A stretch of 63,484 nt of DNA. Source: Gemmatimonadota bacterium (GTDB lineage Bacteria > Gemmatimonadota > Gemmatimonadetes > Gemmatimonadales > GWC2-71-9). The stretch covers positions 1 through 63,484 of the forward strand of contig JBGQJV010000001.1 in the NCBI GenBank assembly GCA_041499215.1, written 5' to 3'. The translations under genes were made by a program, and so were the position numbers. Positions 42,730 through 52,030 of the stretch are shown here, piece by piece. Within the stretch, counting starts at the first letter, position 1, and every line of letters starts with the position of its first letter. Below the pieces are notes generated by a model. That model saw only the letters and a program-made list of their open reading frames with translations, made no database searches and had not been told where the DNA came from.

Positions 42730-45153
42730 TCAGACCGGGTTGCGGGCCGGAGCGGGAGGCACCACCGCAGGGAGTCCCATCCGCCGCACAAGACCCGGAA
42801 AGCGCGGGTCCTGTCGAACCAGCAGGAACCAGGGAGCGAACAGCGAGGAGCCGTACAGGAAGGCGTCCCGGCGGTCCACGGCGCGGGTGAGCCACTGCAT
42901 GGTCCGCTCGATATCCCCCAGGCCGGCATAGGCGACGGCGACAGTCGCGGGGGAACCACGGCCCGCGCCCGCATCGCCCGCGAGCCGCGCGGCTAGGGCC
43001 TGCCCCTTCGCGCGATCTCCCCCCAGGGTATAGGCGTAGGCCAGGGCACCGCCGAACGGATTGGCCGGCGCCATTGTCATGGCACGCTCGAGCTGAACCC
43101 GCGCCTCGGCGGCGTCGCCATGCCAGACGTGAACCGACCCGAGGAACGCGTACCCGGTCCACAGGTCCGGAGCGAGCTCGATGGCGCGGCGCCCGGCGGC
43201 GAAGGCCGAGTCCCACTGACCATCGAGCGCCAGGATGTAGCCCAGCTCGCCGTTGATGATCGGCGACATCGGGTCGAGAGCGCGCGCCCGGCGCATCGAG
43301 CTCACTGCCTCATCGTTCCGCCCCAGCACCGCGAACAGCTCGGCCCGCCACTGGTGGGCCGTGGCATAGGTCGAATCGGCGGCGATGGCGCGCGCCAGCG
43401 CGCGCTCACCCTCCTGCCAGCGCCCGACGCTCTTGTACAGCTGACCGATCGCGGCGTGGGCCTCGGCGAGGCTGCTGTCGAGCGCCACCGCCCGGGCCGC
43501 GGCGTGTTCGGCGATCGGGAGGACTGAGTCGATCGGTGTTGGGCCGTAAATGGGCAGGAGCCCGAGAGCGTCGGCCAGCCCGGCCCAGGCCCGCGCGAAC
43601 CCGGAGTCGCGGGCAATGGCCTGGCCGAAATAGGCCGCGGCTTCCCGGAGTGAGGCCTCTCCCCGCTGGCGCCAGTGGAACCGGCCCCGGAGATAAAGAT
43701 CCCACGCCTCGAGATCCCGGGTAGCCGGTGAGCTCGGGCGGGTGCCGGGGTCCAGCGCCATCTGCAGTTGGCCGGCAATGGCGCGGGCGATCTCGTCCTG
43801 CACCTCTGGCATCCCGGTGACCTCCCGCTCGTAACTCTGCGCCCACCGTACCAGACCATCGGCGGAATTGGCGAGCTGGACCGTGACACGCACCCGGTCC
43901 CGGTCACGCCGGGCCGTCCCGGTCAGGACGTTGCCCACTCCCAGCTGACGGCCCACGTCGCGCACATCCAGATCCGTCCGCCCCTTGAGACTGAACGTCG
44001 ACGCGGAAGAGGCCACCTTCAGCGAGGGCACCCGGGAAAGGGCGGTGGTAAGCTCGTCGGTGATCCCGTCGATGAAGTAGTCGTCCTCGTTCGAGCCACC
44101 GACCCGGAGCAGCGGCAGCACCGCAATCGAGTTGGGAGCAACGGCGGGCCGACTCCGGCCGCGCCCGACATACCAGAAGCCCGCCACCGCCAGCGCAACG
44201 ACCGCCACCACCAGCCCGATCCACGACGCCCGGGTACCGAGAGCCGCAGGCGCGGCAGCGGCTACGCCGCCCGAGGCGGTGAGCGATCCCTCGAGCAGCG
44301 CCACAATCTCCTCGGCCGACTGCGGCCGATCCTCCGGCGCCTTGGCCAGACAGCGGCGGATCAGCCCCAGGAGCGGTGGCGGCAGATCGCTGCGCCGAGT
44401 CTCCAGCGAGGCCGGGTCGCGAGCCACGATCGCCGTGAGCAGCTCCCGCGGACCCAGACCGGCGAAGGGCGCCTCGCCACACAGGATCTCATAGCCCATC
44501 GCGCCGAAGGAGTAGAGATCGGCCCGGTGGTCCACAGCCGGATCAGCCGCGGCCTGCTCGGGCGACATGTACGCCAGCGTGCCCAGCGAGGTACCGATGG
44601 AGGTGAGCGCGGTTCCAGAGGGGATGCCTCTGGCCTGCGGTCGATCGGGACGCCGGCCTTCGGCAAGCGCCTTGGCGACTCCGAAGTCGGTGACCATCGC
44701 TGCCCCGCCGGAGAGCAGCACGTTGTCGGGCTTGATATCGCGGTGCACGATGCCGCGCCCGTGGGCGTAGGCCAGAGCACGCGCCACATCCCGCAACACC
44801 GCCACGGCCTCCCGCAGGGGGAATGCGCCCCGGGCGGAGAGCGCCGCGCGCAGCGACTCTCCCTCGACAAACGGCATTACGTAATAGGGCAGCTCGCCGG
44901 TGGTCCCCGCGGCCAGCACCGGCACGATGTGCGGATGCTGCAGCTGGGCGGCAAGCAAGATTTCGCGGCCAAAGCGGTCGCGGTTGACCCCGGCAGCGAG
45001 GTCGGGCGCGAGGACCTTCACCACGACCCGCCGGCCCAGCGACCGGTCGGTCGCGAGGAAGACGCGCGACATCCCCCCGCCGCCGAGCTCGCGCTCGACG
45101 GCATAGCCGTCGCCTAACGTACTCTGCAGCTCGTTTCGGAGATCCATCGGCAA
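42730..45153 (-). CDS. Ser/Thr protein kinase with TM segment and C-terminal TPR repeats
   Basis: GGGGMSRVFLA...VVVKVL, HRDIKPDNVLL, DFG, SPEQ, a TM helix, then multiple TPR-like repeats. Confidence 0.9.
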   Translation of the reverse strand: MPMDLRNELQSTLGDGYAVERELGGGGMSRVFLATDRSLGRRVVVKVLAPDLAAGVNRDRFGREILLAAQLQHPHIVPVLAAGTTGELPYYVMPFVEGESLRAALSARGAFPLREAVAVLRDVARALAYAHGRGIVHRDIKPDNVLLSGGAAMVTDFGVAKALAEGRRPDRPQARGIPSGTALTSIGTSLGTLAYMSPEQAAADPAVDHRADLYSFGAMGYEILCGEAPFAGLGPRELLTAIVARDPASLETRRSDLPPPLLGLIRRCLAKAPEDRPQSAEEIVALLEGSLTASGGVAAAAPAALGTRASWIGLVVAVVALAVAGFWYVGRGRSRPAVAPNSIAVLPLLRVGGSNEDDYFIDGITDELTTALSRVPSLKVASSASTFSLKGRTDLDVRDVGRQLGVGNVLTGTARRDRDRVRVTVQLANSADGLVRWAQSYEREVTGMPEVQDEIARAIAGQLQMALDPGTRPSSPATRDLEAWDLYLRGRFHWRQRGEASLREAAAYFGQAIARDSGFARAWAGLADALGLLPIYGPTPIDSVLPIAEHAAARAVALDSSLAEAHAAIGQLYKSVGRWQEGERALARAIAADSTYATAHQWRAELFAVLGRNDEAVSSMRRARALDPMSPIINGELGYILALDGQWDSAFAAGRRAIELAPDLWTGYAFLGSVHVWHGDAAEARVQLERAMTMAPANPFGGALAYAYTLGGDRAKGQALAARLAGDAGAGRGSPATVAVAYAGLGDIERTMQWLTRAVDRRDAFLYGSSLFAPWFLLVRQDPRFPGLVRRMGLPAVVPPAPARNPV

Positions 45154-45339
45154 CCGTGGGTGAGCAGGTCTGGAAGATACTCCGGGCAGGCGGGAGCAGA
45201 GGGGACCGGGGCGAATCGCGGTCCGTCAGGCAGGAGTTCCGAGTTCAAAGTTCCGGGCGCGACGCAACCCCTCCCAATCTGAAACTCGGGACTCTGCCCT
45301 CGGAATTCGGCACCTGACACCGATCCCATCCGCGCCTGG

Positions 45340-46566
45340 CTAGATGACGTGCTTGGCGGAGAGCTCCGTGAGCGCGGCGTGGTCCAGGCCGAGCTCAGCG
45401 TACACGGCGGCGTTGTGTTCCCCCAGCTCGGGGGCGGGAGTGCGGATCCGGCCCGGAGTGGCCGAGAAGCGCGGGGTGACGTTGTGCATCTTTACGGAGC
45501 CGAGGGCGGGATCGGGAGCATCGACAAAGACTTCGCGGGCGATCACGTGCTCGTCGGCGACGAGCTGGCCCACATCGTACACCGGGGCGGCGGTGATCCC
45601 GGCCGCCTCGAAGAAGCGGACGTTGTCGTCCAGGGTCCGGGCGCAGATGAACCCGTCGATGATGCGGTCCAGCTCGTCGACGTTGTGCACCCGGTCGGAG
45701 TTGGTGCGGAAGCGCGGGTCGTTGACCAGCTCGGGGTGACCGATGGCCGCCATCAGCCGCTCGAACATCGGCTGCATCGAGGCCGAGACCGCCAGGAAGC
45801 GGCCATCGAGGGTATGGTAGACGTTGCGTGGGGCGCTCACGCTGAGCCGGTTCCCGATGCGCACCGGGACCTGGCCGGTGGCGTGGTAGACGGCGGCATC
45901 GGGACCGATGATCGAGACCAGAGGCTCCAGCAGCGACAGGTCGATCACCTGGCCGGGTGCACCATGCCTGGCGCGGGCCTGAATGGCGGTGACCACCGCG
46001 AAGGCTCCGTAGGTACCGGCTACCATATCCGCCAGGGCCACGTTGGGGAGCACCGGCGGATGGCGGGGGAACCCGGTCTTGGCCGCAAAGCCCGACATGG
46101 CCTCGATCAGGGTGCCGAAGCCGGGCCGGGTCCGGTACGGGCCGGTCTGACCGAACCCCGAGATCCGGAGGATCACCAACCCCGGGTTCCGCTTCAGCAG
46201 TACCTCCGGCCCGCAGCCCATCTTCTCCATGGTGGCGAACTTGAAGCTCTCCACCAGGACATCGGCCCGGTCGGCCAGCCGGAGCAGCAGCGCGCGGCCC
46301 TCGGGCATCCGGAGGTCGAGTGTCACGCTGCGCTTGTTGCGGGCGTAAACCTTCCAGAACAGCGACTCACCGCCCGCCTTCCATTCCCGGAGGGCGTCTC
46401 CGGTGCCGGGATCCTCGACTTTGACGACGTCCGCCCCGAAGTCCGCCAGCAACAGAGTCAGCATGTTGCCGGCGACGAGACGGGAGAGATCCAGCACCCG
46501 GATGCCCTCGAGGGGAAGCGTCGGTTCGTCTGAGTGAGACGGTCTCGGCGGCCGATCAGCGGGCAT
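45340..46566 (-). CDS. CoA-transferase family III (CaiB/BaiF-like)
   Basis: LEGIRVLDLSRLVAGNMLTLLLADFGADVVKVE. Start at MPADRPP (Met98 of the ORF). Confidence 0.85.
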   Translation of the reverse strand: MPADRPPRPSHSDEPTLPLEGIRVLDLSRLVAGNMLTLLLADFGADVVKVEDPGTGDALREWKAGGESLFWKVYARNKRSVTLDLRMPEGRALLLRLADRADVLVESFKFATMEKMGCGPEVLLKRNPGLVILRISGFGQTGPYRTRPGFGTLIEAMSGFAAKTGFPRHPPVLPNVALADMVAGTYGAFAVVTAIQARARHGAPGQVIDLSLLEPLVSIIGPDAAVYHATGQVPVRIGNRLSVSAPRNVYHTLDGRFLAVSASMQPMFERLMAAIGHPELVNDPRFRTNSDRVHNVDELDRIIDGFICARTLDDNVRFFEAAGITAAPVYDVGQLVADEHVIAREVFVDAPDPALGSVKMHNVTPRFSATPGRIRTPAPELGEHNAAVYAELGLDHAALTELSAKHVI

Positions 46567-46798
46567 GAGCGTTACTCCACGGGTTCGGTCGGAATGCTCG
46601 CGTCCCCCGTTGAGGCAGGGGTGAAGCGGCGGTGAGGCTCCACTCAGCGTGTGGCTGCGGGTGCGATCCGGGCTCACGCCCGCCTGCGGCGCAGTTCCGG
46701 TCAGGGCGAAAGGAGATTCCCGAGGACAATCCAAGATACCGGGAGACCGATTCGCTCGCCGCTCCCGCCACCGCCGCGGAAAGCATGGCTCACCTGCC

Positions 46799-47536
46799 TC
46801 AGAGATACTGCTGGAACAGCAGCATGGCGACAGTGGTGAACCCCACCAGAGTCGCAATCGACCGCCCCTCGGCGGCGTGGTACGCCTCGGGAAGCAGCTC
46901 GATAAGGACCATGTAGACCATCGCGCCCGCGGCGAATCCCAGACCGTACGGCAGAGCTGTCCGCACCCGCTCCACCAGCAGAAAGGCCGGCACCGCAGTC
47001 AGCGGCTGGGGCAAGGAGGAGAAGACGCTCCACAACGCGCAGGCTACCAGCGACACTCCACGCGGGCGCATCACCGCCGTGATGGCCAGCCCCTCGGGGA
47101 TGTTGTGAATCGCCAGGGCGACCGTGATCGCGATCGCGAGGGCTTCGCCGCCGCCAAAGGAGACGCCCACCGCCACCCCCTCGGCGAACGAGTGCACCGT
47201 CATCACGATCACCAGCAGCAGAATCCTCCTGGCGCCCTGGCCGCTCAGATTGGCAAACTGGACCTCCCGCTCGCCCAGCAGCCATTGCGTGAGGAGGATG
47301 AACGCCACGCCACCGGCCGCCCCGATGAAGGTCCGCGCGGGATCGTGACGCACACCCTCCGCCAGCAGACCGAGACTCGCGCCCAGCATGAGGCCAGCCG
47401 CGATGGCATTGGCGAACGCCACCGGGCGGGGGGAGAGGCCGCGGATGAAGGCGAAGGGAATCGCGCCGAGCCCGGTGGCAAGCGCCGTGATCAGGGCGGC
47501 GAGGAAGACTGCGGCCGGCATCGATAGTCCAAGCAT
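46799..47536 (-). CDS. ZIP family metal transporter
   Basis: HSFAEGVAVGVSF and HNIPEGLAITAVM motifs. Start at MLGLSMP (Met52 of the ORF). Confidence 0.8.
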   Translation of the reverse strand: MLGLSMPAAVFLAALITALATGLGAIPFAFIRGLSPRPVAFANAIAAGLMLGASLGLLAEGVRHDPARTFIGAAGGVAFILLTQWLLGEREVQFANLSGQGARRILLLVIVMTVHSFAEGVAVGVSFGGGEALAIAITVALAIHNIPEGLAITAVMRPRGVSLVACALWSVFSSLPQPLTAVPAFLLVERVRTALPYGLGFAAGAMVYMVLIELLPEAYHAAEGRSIATLVGFTTVAMLLFQQYL

Positions 47537-47541
47537 CTGAT

Positions 47542-48279
47542 TCACGGCGTGCCACCCATGAGGGCCACCATGCCCGCCGCCAGACTCACCACCAGGGCAA
47601 TTCCGGTCCGCCCTGCATGCCGGTAACTCTGCGGCAGCAGCTCGGCCACGATCAGATAGAACAGGGCGCCGAACGCGCCCCCGAGGCACCAGGGCAGCAG
47701 CCCCGGAGCTGCTCGGAGCACCAGCAGTGTCATTACCGCCATGAGCGGCTGAGTGGACCGCGCGAAAATCGCCACCAGCGCAGCGGGACCATCCCGCCAG
47801 CTCCGGGCCTTCAGCAGAGCGCCGAGCACCGCTCCTTCGGAGACATTGTGGATCGCGAAGGTGAGCAGCAGAAAACCCGCCAGGGAAGCGGCGGCCGCGG
47901 CCGCCGCTCCGATGGCGAGGCCCTCCGCCGCCGAATGCAGAGCGTTACCCCGGATGGCGCCCGGGTCGGTTGGCGGGGGAGCGGAGACTCTCGCGACATC
48001 GCTGCTCGTTCGAGGCGCTCCGGGGACGCCATCGGCGACGCGCATAAGGCCCAGACCCACGGCCGCACCGAGCAGGGTCGCGGCCGGTGCCATGGCCTGC
48101 CCGGCCGAGAGCAGGACGTATCCTATGCCGAGCATGAAGCCCGCCGCGGTGGCGGTGGCCCAACCGACCCCCTGGGAAGCCATCCATGGACGGGATCCGA
48201 GCAGACTGCCGGGACCCGCCGCCAAGGCGGCGGCCAAGCTCAAGATGAGCAGAGTGCCGGGATGCATTGCTCCAGTCAT
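47542..48279 (-). CDS. ZIP family metal transporter (divergent paralogue)
   Basis: HSAAEGLAIGAA and HNVSEGAVLGALL motifs. 5 nt upstream of the other ZIP gene. Confidence 0.7.
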   Translation of the reverse strand: MTGAMHPGTLLILSLAAALAAGPGSLLGSRPWMASQGVGWATATAAGFMLGIGYVLLSAGQAMAPAATLLGAAVGLGLMRVADGVPGAPRTSSDVARVSAPPPTDPGAIRGNALHSAAEGLAIGAAAAAAASLAGFLLLTFAIHNVSEGAVLGALLKARSWRDGPAALVAIFARSTQPLMAVMTLLVLRAAPGLLPWCLGGAFGALFYLIVAELLPQSYRHAGRTGIALVVSLAAGMVALMGGTP

Positions 48280-48424
48280 GATTCTTCCCCAGAGGCCCGT
48301 AGTGTTCGGCCCCGGTCAAGGTAGCCCGGAGTGAATGAACCCAGCGTGAACGTGGTTGGCAGGCCTCGGGCGAAGTGGCCGTGGGCACCTCGAGGCCGAC
48401 TAGCGATGGTCACTGCGAATGCGG

Positions 48425-48462
48425 GGAGGGTCCCTGGAGGTGCGAGCCTCTAGGGACCCTCC
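48425..48462 (-). terminator. hairpin downstream of the M28 peptidase gene
   Basis: GGAGGGTCCCT-N16-AGGGACCCTCC, about 25 nt after the stop. No clear U-tract. Confidence 0.35.
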
Positions 48463-48486
48463 GGGGGCCGCAACGCAAGGAGGACG

Positions 48487-50109
48487 CTACTTGAGTCGGC
48501 CTCGTGTTACCCGAGGGGCCGTGGAGCACTCGGGCCACGCGGTGGGAATCCTCCGGCGGGCTTCGGCGCTCATCGTAGTGTCGGCCTGGGCCTTCGCGGC
48601 CGCTGCGACCAGATCCACCCGATCACGACTGATGGTTGTGGAATCATCCGCCGCCAGGTAGACCAGCATCGCAGTGAGCGTGGCGTTCGCCTTGAGGTCG
48701 TCGAACACCACCTTGTCGTAGGTGTCGCGGTTGGTGTGCCAGGTATAACTGCCGTAGTCCCAGGGCAACGCCCCAAGGCCAAAAGCCGGGAGCCCGTGGC
48801 AGGCGAACGATGCATCGTCACTGCCGCCGCCCGAGGGAAAGCCTGGACCGGAGGAGGTGATCTGCTGGCGGAAGACCTCGGGCACCCGGGCCATCCAGGC
48901 CGCGAGATGCTCGGCGGCGTTGGTGAGTCCCGCCGCCCCTACCCGCACCACCCGGCCAGTGCCGTTGTCCTGGTTGAACAGAGCCTGCAACCCGGTGAGG
49001 ACCTCCGGATGCTCCTCGGTGAAGGCCCGTGAACCGACCAGGCCGTTCTCTTCCGAGGCCCAGTGCCCGATCAGGATGGTCCGCCGGGGCCTGGGATACA
49101 CCTGCTTGAGGATCCGTGCGGCCTCCATCATGGTCAGCGTGCCGGTGCCGTTGTCGGTAGCGCCGGAGGACCCGTCCCAGGAATCGAAGTGGGCGGAGAG
49201 GACCACGTACTCGTTCGGCTCTTCCGTCCCCGGGATGGTCGCGACGGTATTGAAGATGGGCTGCTCGGGGAGCAGCTCGGCATCGAGATTGAGCCGGAGC
49301 CGCGGGTGCTGGTTGTTCTCGGTCAGTCGGTATACCAGGCCGTAGTCCTCACAGCTCAGCGCAATGGCCGGGGCCCTGGTGTTGTAGCTGTCGAAAATCT
49401 CGATCGTGCCCCAGGCATCCTTGGGCCGGGAGGTGAGCACTCCGGCTACTCCCCCCTGCTCCAGCCGTAACCCCAGCTCGCCGGTCCCCAGCGCAAGGCT
49501 GTAGCCGGTGCCCCGCACGTCGGGGCCGGCCCACTCCCGCCGGACCGCGGCCCGAAGGCTGTCCATCCGCGCCTTCGCAGCGGGGGTCGCGAACTTCTCC
49601 CAGTTGTCGGTGGGACGACAGGTCGGCTGCGGCGCCGCCAGCAGCACCAGCCTGCCCTTTGCCTGTGGCAGCCAGCGGACGAAGGCAGTGCTGTCGGGGA
49701 ACCGGGGGAGAATGATCGTCTGCGCGGTGAGGTCCTTCTTCCGCGTGCCGGGGCTGAACCCCAGCATGGTGCCTTCGAGGGTGCGGACCCGGGGCTCGAT
49801 CAGGTCGATGTGCGAGTAGCCCCGGCGCCATCCGCGCCAGGTGCCGTAGCGCTCGTTGCGCGCGGTAATGCCCCAGGACTGATAGGTCCGGATCAGCCAG
49901 TCGTTGCCGCTCTTGAGCCCGGCCGTACCGGTCATGCGCGGACCTATTGAGTCGAACAGTACCTGCGCAAGGTGCTCGGTCTGGGAGCTGTCCATGCCGA
50001 GGGTCCAGATTCGGGCGAGGACCGAATCGCCAACCTCCTGGGCGGCAGTGACGGATGGGAGGCCGAGGAGAACCAGGCCCACGAAAAGCGGCAGAGGGGA
50101 TCTGGGCAT
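48487..50109 (-). CDS. secreted M28-family aminopeptidase with PA-like insert
   Basis: Signal peptide. VVLSAHFDSWDGSSGATDNGTGTLTMMEAARIL. HWASEENGLVGS. Confidence 0.85.
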   Translation of the reverse strand: MPRSPLPLFVGLVLLGLPSVTAAQEVGDSVLARIWTLGMDSSQTEHLAQVLFDSIGPRMTGTAGLKSGNDWLIRTYQSWGITARNERYGTWRGWRRGYSHIDLIEPRVRTLEGTMLGFSPGTRKKDLTAQTIILPRFPDSTAFVRWLPQAKGRLVLLAAPQPTCRPTDNWEKFATPAAKARMDSLRAAVRREWAGPDVRGTGYSLALGTGELGLRLEQGGVAGVLTSRPKDAWGTIEIFDSYNTRAPAIALSCEDYGLVYRLTENNQHPRLRLNLDAELLPEQPIFNTVATIPGTEEPNEYVVLSAHFDSWDGSSGATDNGTGTLTMMEAARILKQVYPRPRRTILIGHWASEENGLVGSRAFTEEHPEVLTGLQALFNQDNGTGRVVRVGAAGLTNAAEHLAAWMARVPEVFRQQITSSGPGFPSGGGSDDASFACHGLPAFGLGALPWDYGSYTWHTNRDTYDKVVFDDLKANATLTAMLVYLAADDSTTISRDRVDLVAAAAKAQADTTMSAEARRRIPTAWPECSTAPRVTRGRLK

Positions 50110-50193
50110 GCGTCGATGAGGTTTGGGGAGGAGCGCGTGCGCCGCGACCCGGCGGCAGCGACTCCCTGAATTACGCAGCGCGATGCCGATTCG

Positions 50194-50826
50194 TTAATCG
50201 GACCCCCGTTTGAGGGTGTCAGCGCGCTGGCCCTGGACCGATGGCAGGCTGGGGGCAAGGACCCGGTCGAGGTCCCTGGCCAGCCAGTCACGCGCCGTCC
50301 CCTCCCGGTGGATGGCCCATTGCAGGAGCGAGCCGACAGCGAGCCCGTTGAGCACCCGGGCCGTGGCCTCGTGATCGCCCGGCAGGACCTCGCCGGCGGC
50401 CTCGGCCTCGCGGAGCAGGGTGACCAGGGCGAGCTGGTTCTTCCGGGCCATGTCGCGGGTCAGGGGATAGACCGCCGGATCGGCGAGATCCAGAAGGAGG
50501 AGTGCGGCAAGGTGGTTGCCGAACTCCCGGGCGGTGGGAGCCATCCCGGCCAGGCAGAGGAGCAGCTCCCGCACAATTGGGAGCGGCGACATTCCGGCCG
50601 CCTTCAGCTCAGCGATGTACCCACCCCAGTCTCCTGCCCCGCCACGCATGGCGGTGACCAGCAGCTTTCGCTTGCTGCCGAACCGCTGGACCAGCGTGGC
50701 GGGTGACATGCCGACCTCACGGGCCACCAACGCCAGCGTGAACCTGGCCGGCCCGTGCCGGCCGATCACCCGACCGACGGCGGCGAGGATGTCGGCGTCT
50801 TCAAAACTGCGGGGCCGGGGGCTCAC
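50194..50826 (-). CDS. TetR/AcrR family transcriptional regulator
   Basis: HTH FTLALVAREVGMSPATLVQRFGSKRKLL. Start proposed at GTG (V19 of the ORF). The alternative TTG at 50880 lies inside the operator palindrome. Confidence 0.8.
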   Translation of the reverse strand: MSPRPRSFEDADILAAVGRVIGRHGPARFTLALVAREVGMSPATLVQRFGSKRKLLVTAMRGGAGDWGGYIAELKAAGMSPLPIVRELLLCLAGMAPTAREFGNHLAALLLLDLADPAVYPLTRDMARKNQLALVTLLREAEAAGEVLPGDHEATARVLNGLAVGSLLQWAIHREGTARDWLARDLDRVLAPSLPSVQGQRADTLKRGSD

Positions 50827-50866
50827 TTGCGCGGGAGGGTCATGGTCAACAATAATAAACGAACGC

Positions 50867-50880
50867 TTGTTTATAAACAA
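50867..50880. promoter_or_regulatory. perfect 14-bp palindrome, candidate TetR operator
   Basis: TTGTTTATAAACAA, in the AT-rich divergent spacer between tetR and the SDR gene. Confidence 0.55.
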
Positions 50881-50903
50881 TTCTGGGGTGGGGGGAGGGA
50901 GTC

Positions 50904-51872
50904 ATGGCCAGACTGCGCGGCAGGATCGCGGTGGTGGCGGGAGCGACCCGGGGCGCGGGCCGGGGCATTGCCCGGGCCCTGGGGGAGGCGGGGGCCACGG
51001 TCTACTGCACCGGTCGGAGCGCACGGGGCAATCCCTCTCCCTACGGCCGGCCGGAGACGATCGAAGAGACTGCGACGCTGGTCTCGGCCCTGGGAGGGAC
51101 CGGGATCGCAGTGCGGGTGGATCATTCGGTGGAGCCGGAGGTGGAGGCCCTCATGGCGAGGGTGGGCCGGGAGCAGGGGCGGCTCGACATCCTGGTCAAC
51201 AGCCTTGCGGGTGAGGCTCCGGGATTCGAGTGGAACAAGCCGTTCTTCGGGGTCACCCTCACCGCCATCGAGGCGCTGTTCCGGCAAGCAGTGCTGTCCC
51301 ACGTCGTCACCGCACGGTTCGCGGTGCCGCTCCTCCGCAAGAGCCGCCGCGGATTGATCGTGGAGGTGACCGACCGAGACACACCGGGGTACGGCGGCAT
51401 GGGATTCCTACATGACCTGGTGAAGTCCAACGTGATGCGGCTGGCGCTGGTGATGGCGGAGGAGCTCCGGAAGGACCGAATCACCGCGGTCTCGGTCACA
51501 CCTGGGTTCCTGCGCTCGGAGGTGATGCTCGAGCATTTCGGGGTCACGGAGGAGAACTGGCGAGACGGGGCGGCGAAGGATCCGCATTTCATCGCGTCGG
51601 AGACGCCCCTGTTCCTGGGCCGGGGAGTGGCGGCGCTGGCGGCGGATCCCAGGGTACTCACGTGGAGTGGCGAGGCGACCAGCTCGTGGGAGCTGGGACG
51701 GCGATACGGAGTGAGCGACGCCGACGGCGCGCGGCCGGACTGGGTGCGGCACTTCGCCACCCGGGTGGCGACCTCGCCTCAGTTCCGGTTCATCACCACC
51801 GGGTTCGAGCGCGGGATTGCCCGACAGCGAAGGGAAATTCGACGCGCCAAGCGGTACATCGGGAAGCGGTGA
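50904..51872 (+). CDS. short-chain dehydrogenase/reductase (SDR) family oxidoreductase
   Basis: VVAGATRGAGRGIARALGEAGATVYCTGR. GGGAGGGAG SD. Confidence 0.8.
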   Translation: MARLRGRIAVVAGATRGAGRGIARALGEAGATVYCTGRSARGNPSPYGRPETIEETATLVSALGGTGIAVRVDHSVEPEVEALMARVGREQGRLDILVNSLAGEAPGFEWNKPFFGVTLTAIEALFRQAVLSHVVTARFAVPLLRKSRRGLIVEVTDRDTPGYGGMGFLHDLVKSNVMRLALVMAEELRKDRITAVSVTPGFLRSEVMLEHFGVTEENWRDGAAKDPHFIASETPLFLGRGVAALAADPRVLTWSGEATSSWELGRRYGVSDADGARPDWVRHFATRVATSPQFRFITTGFERGIARQRREIRRAKRYIGKR

Positions 51873-51976
51873 GGGCCGCCGGATCCGCTGTCGGCCTCCC
51901 ACCGACCGCGGATGGTCCCGACGGCCTTCGCTTCGCTGCCTGGCCCGCCGATAGAACCAGGTATACCCCGAAAACC

Positions 51977-52006
51977 GGCGGGGGCCGGGAGTACCCCGGC
52001 CCCCGC
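51977..52006 (-). terminator. intrinsic terminator downstream of pilC
   Basis: Perfect 13-bp stem GGCGGGGGCCGGG/CCCGGCCCCCGCC with a 4-nt loop, followed on the minus strand by GGTTTTCGGGG. Confidence 0.7.
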
Positions 52007-52030
52007 CTGTCTCGTGCTCGCGCTCTCCGC

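Noticed and set aside
42550-42996. Plus-strand ORF with GAGGA-N4-ATG and a signal-peptide-like start (MRPRYARALLPLLAATSLEAA), in the 315-nt gap upstream of the kinase stop.
   Set aside because: After ~35 codons the sequence becomes Arg/Gly-rich. It runs antisense into the kinase gene for ~270 nt. No stop gives a sensible small protein. It may deserve a look in transcript data but cannot be supported as a gene.
45340-46857. Long N-terminal extensions in the ORF track (for example 97 extra codons on the CoA-transferase, 74 on pilT, 56 on the small cupredoxin, 52 on the M28 lipoprotein).
   Set aside because: The extensions have junk-like composition. They often overlap the upstream gene or translate intergenic repeats. 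Internal Met codons coincide with conserved family N-termini, signal peptides or ATGA stop-start overlaps.
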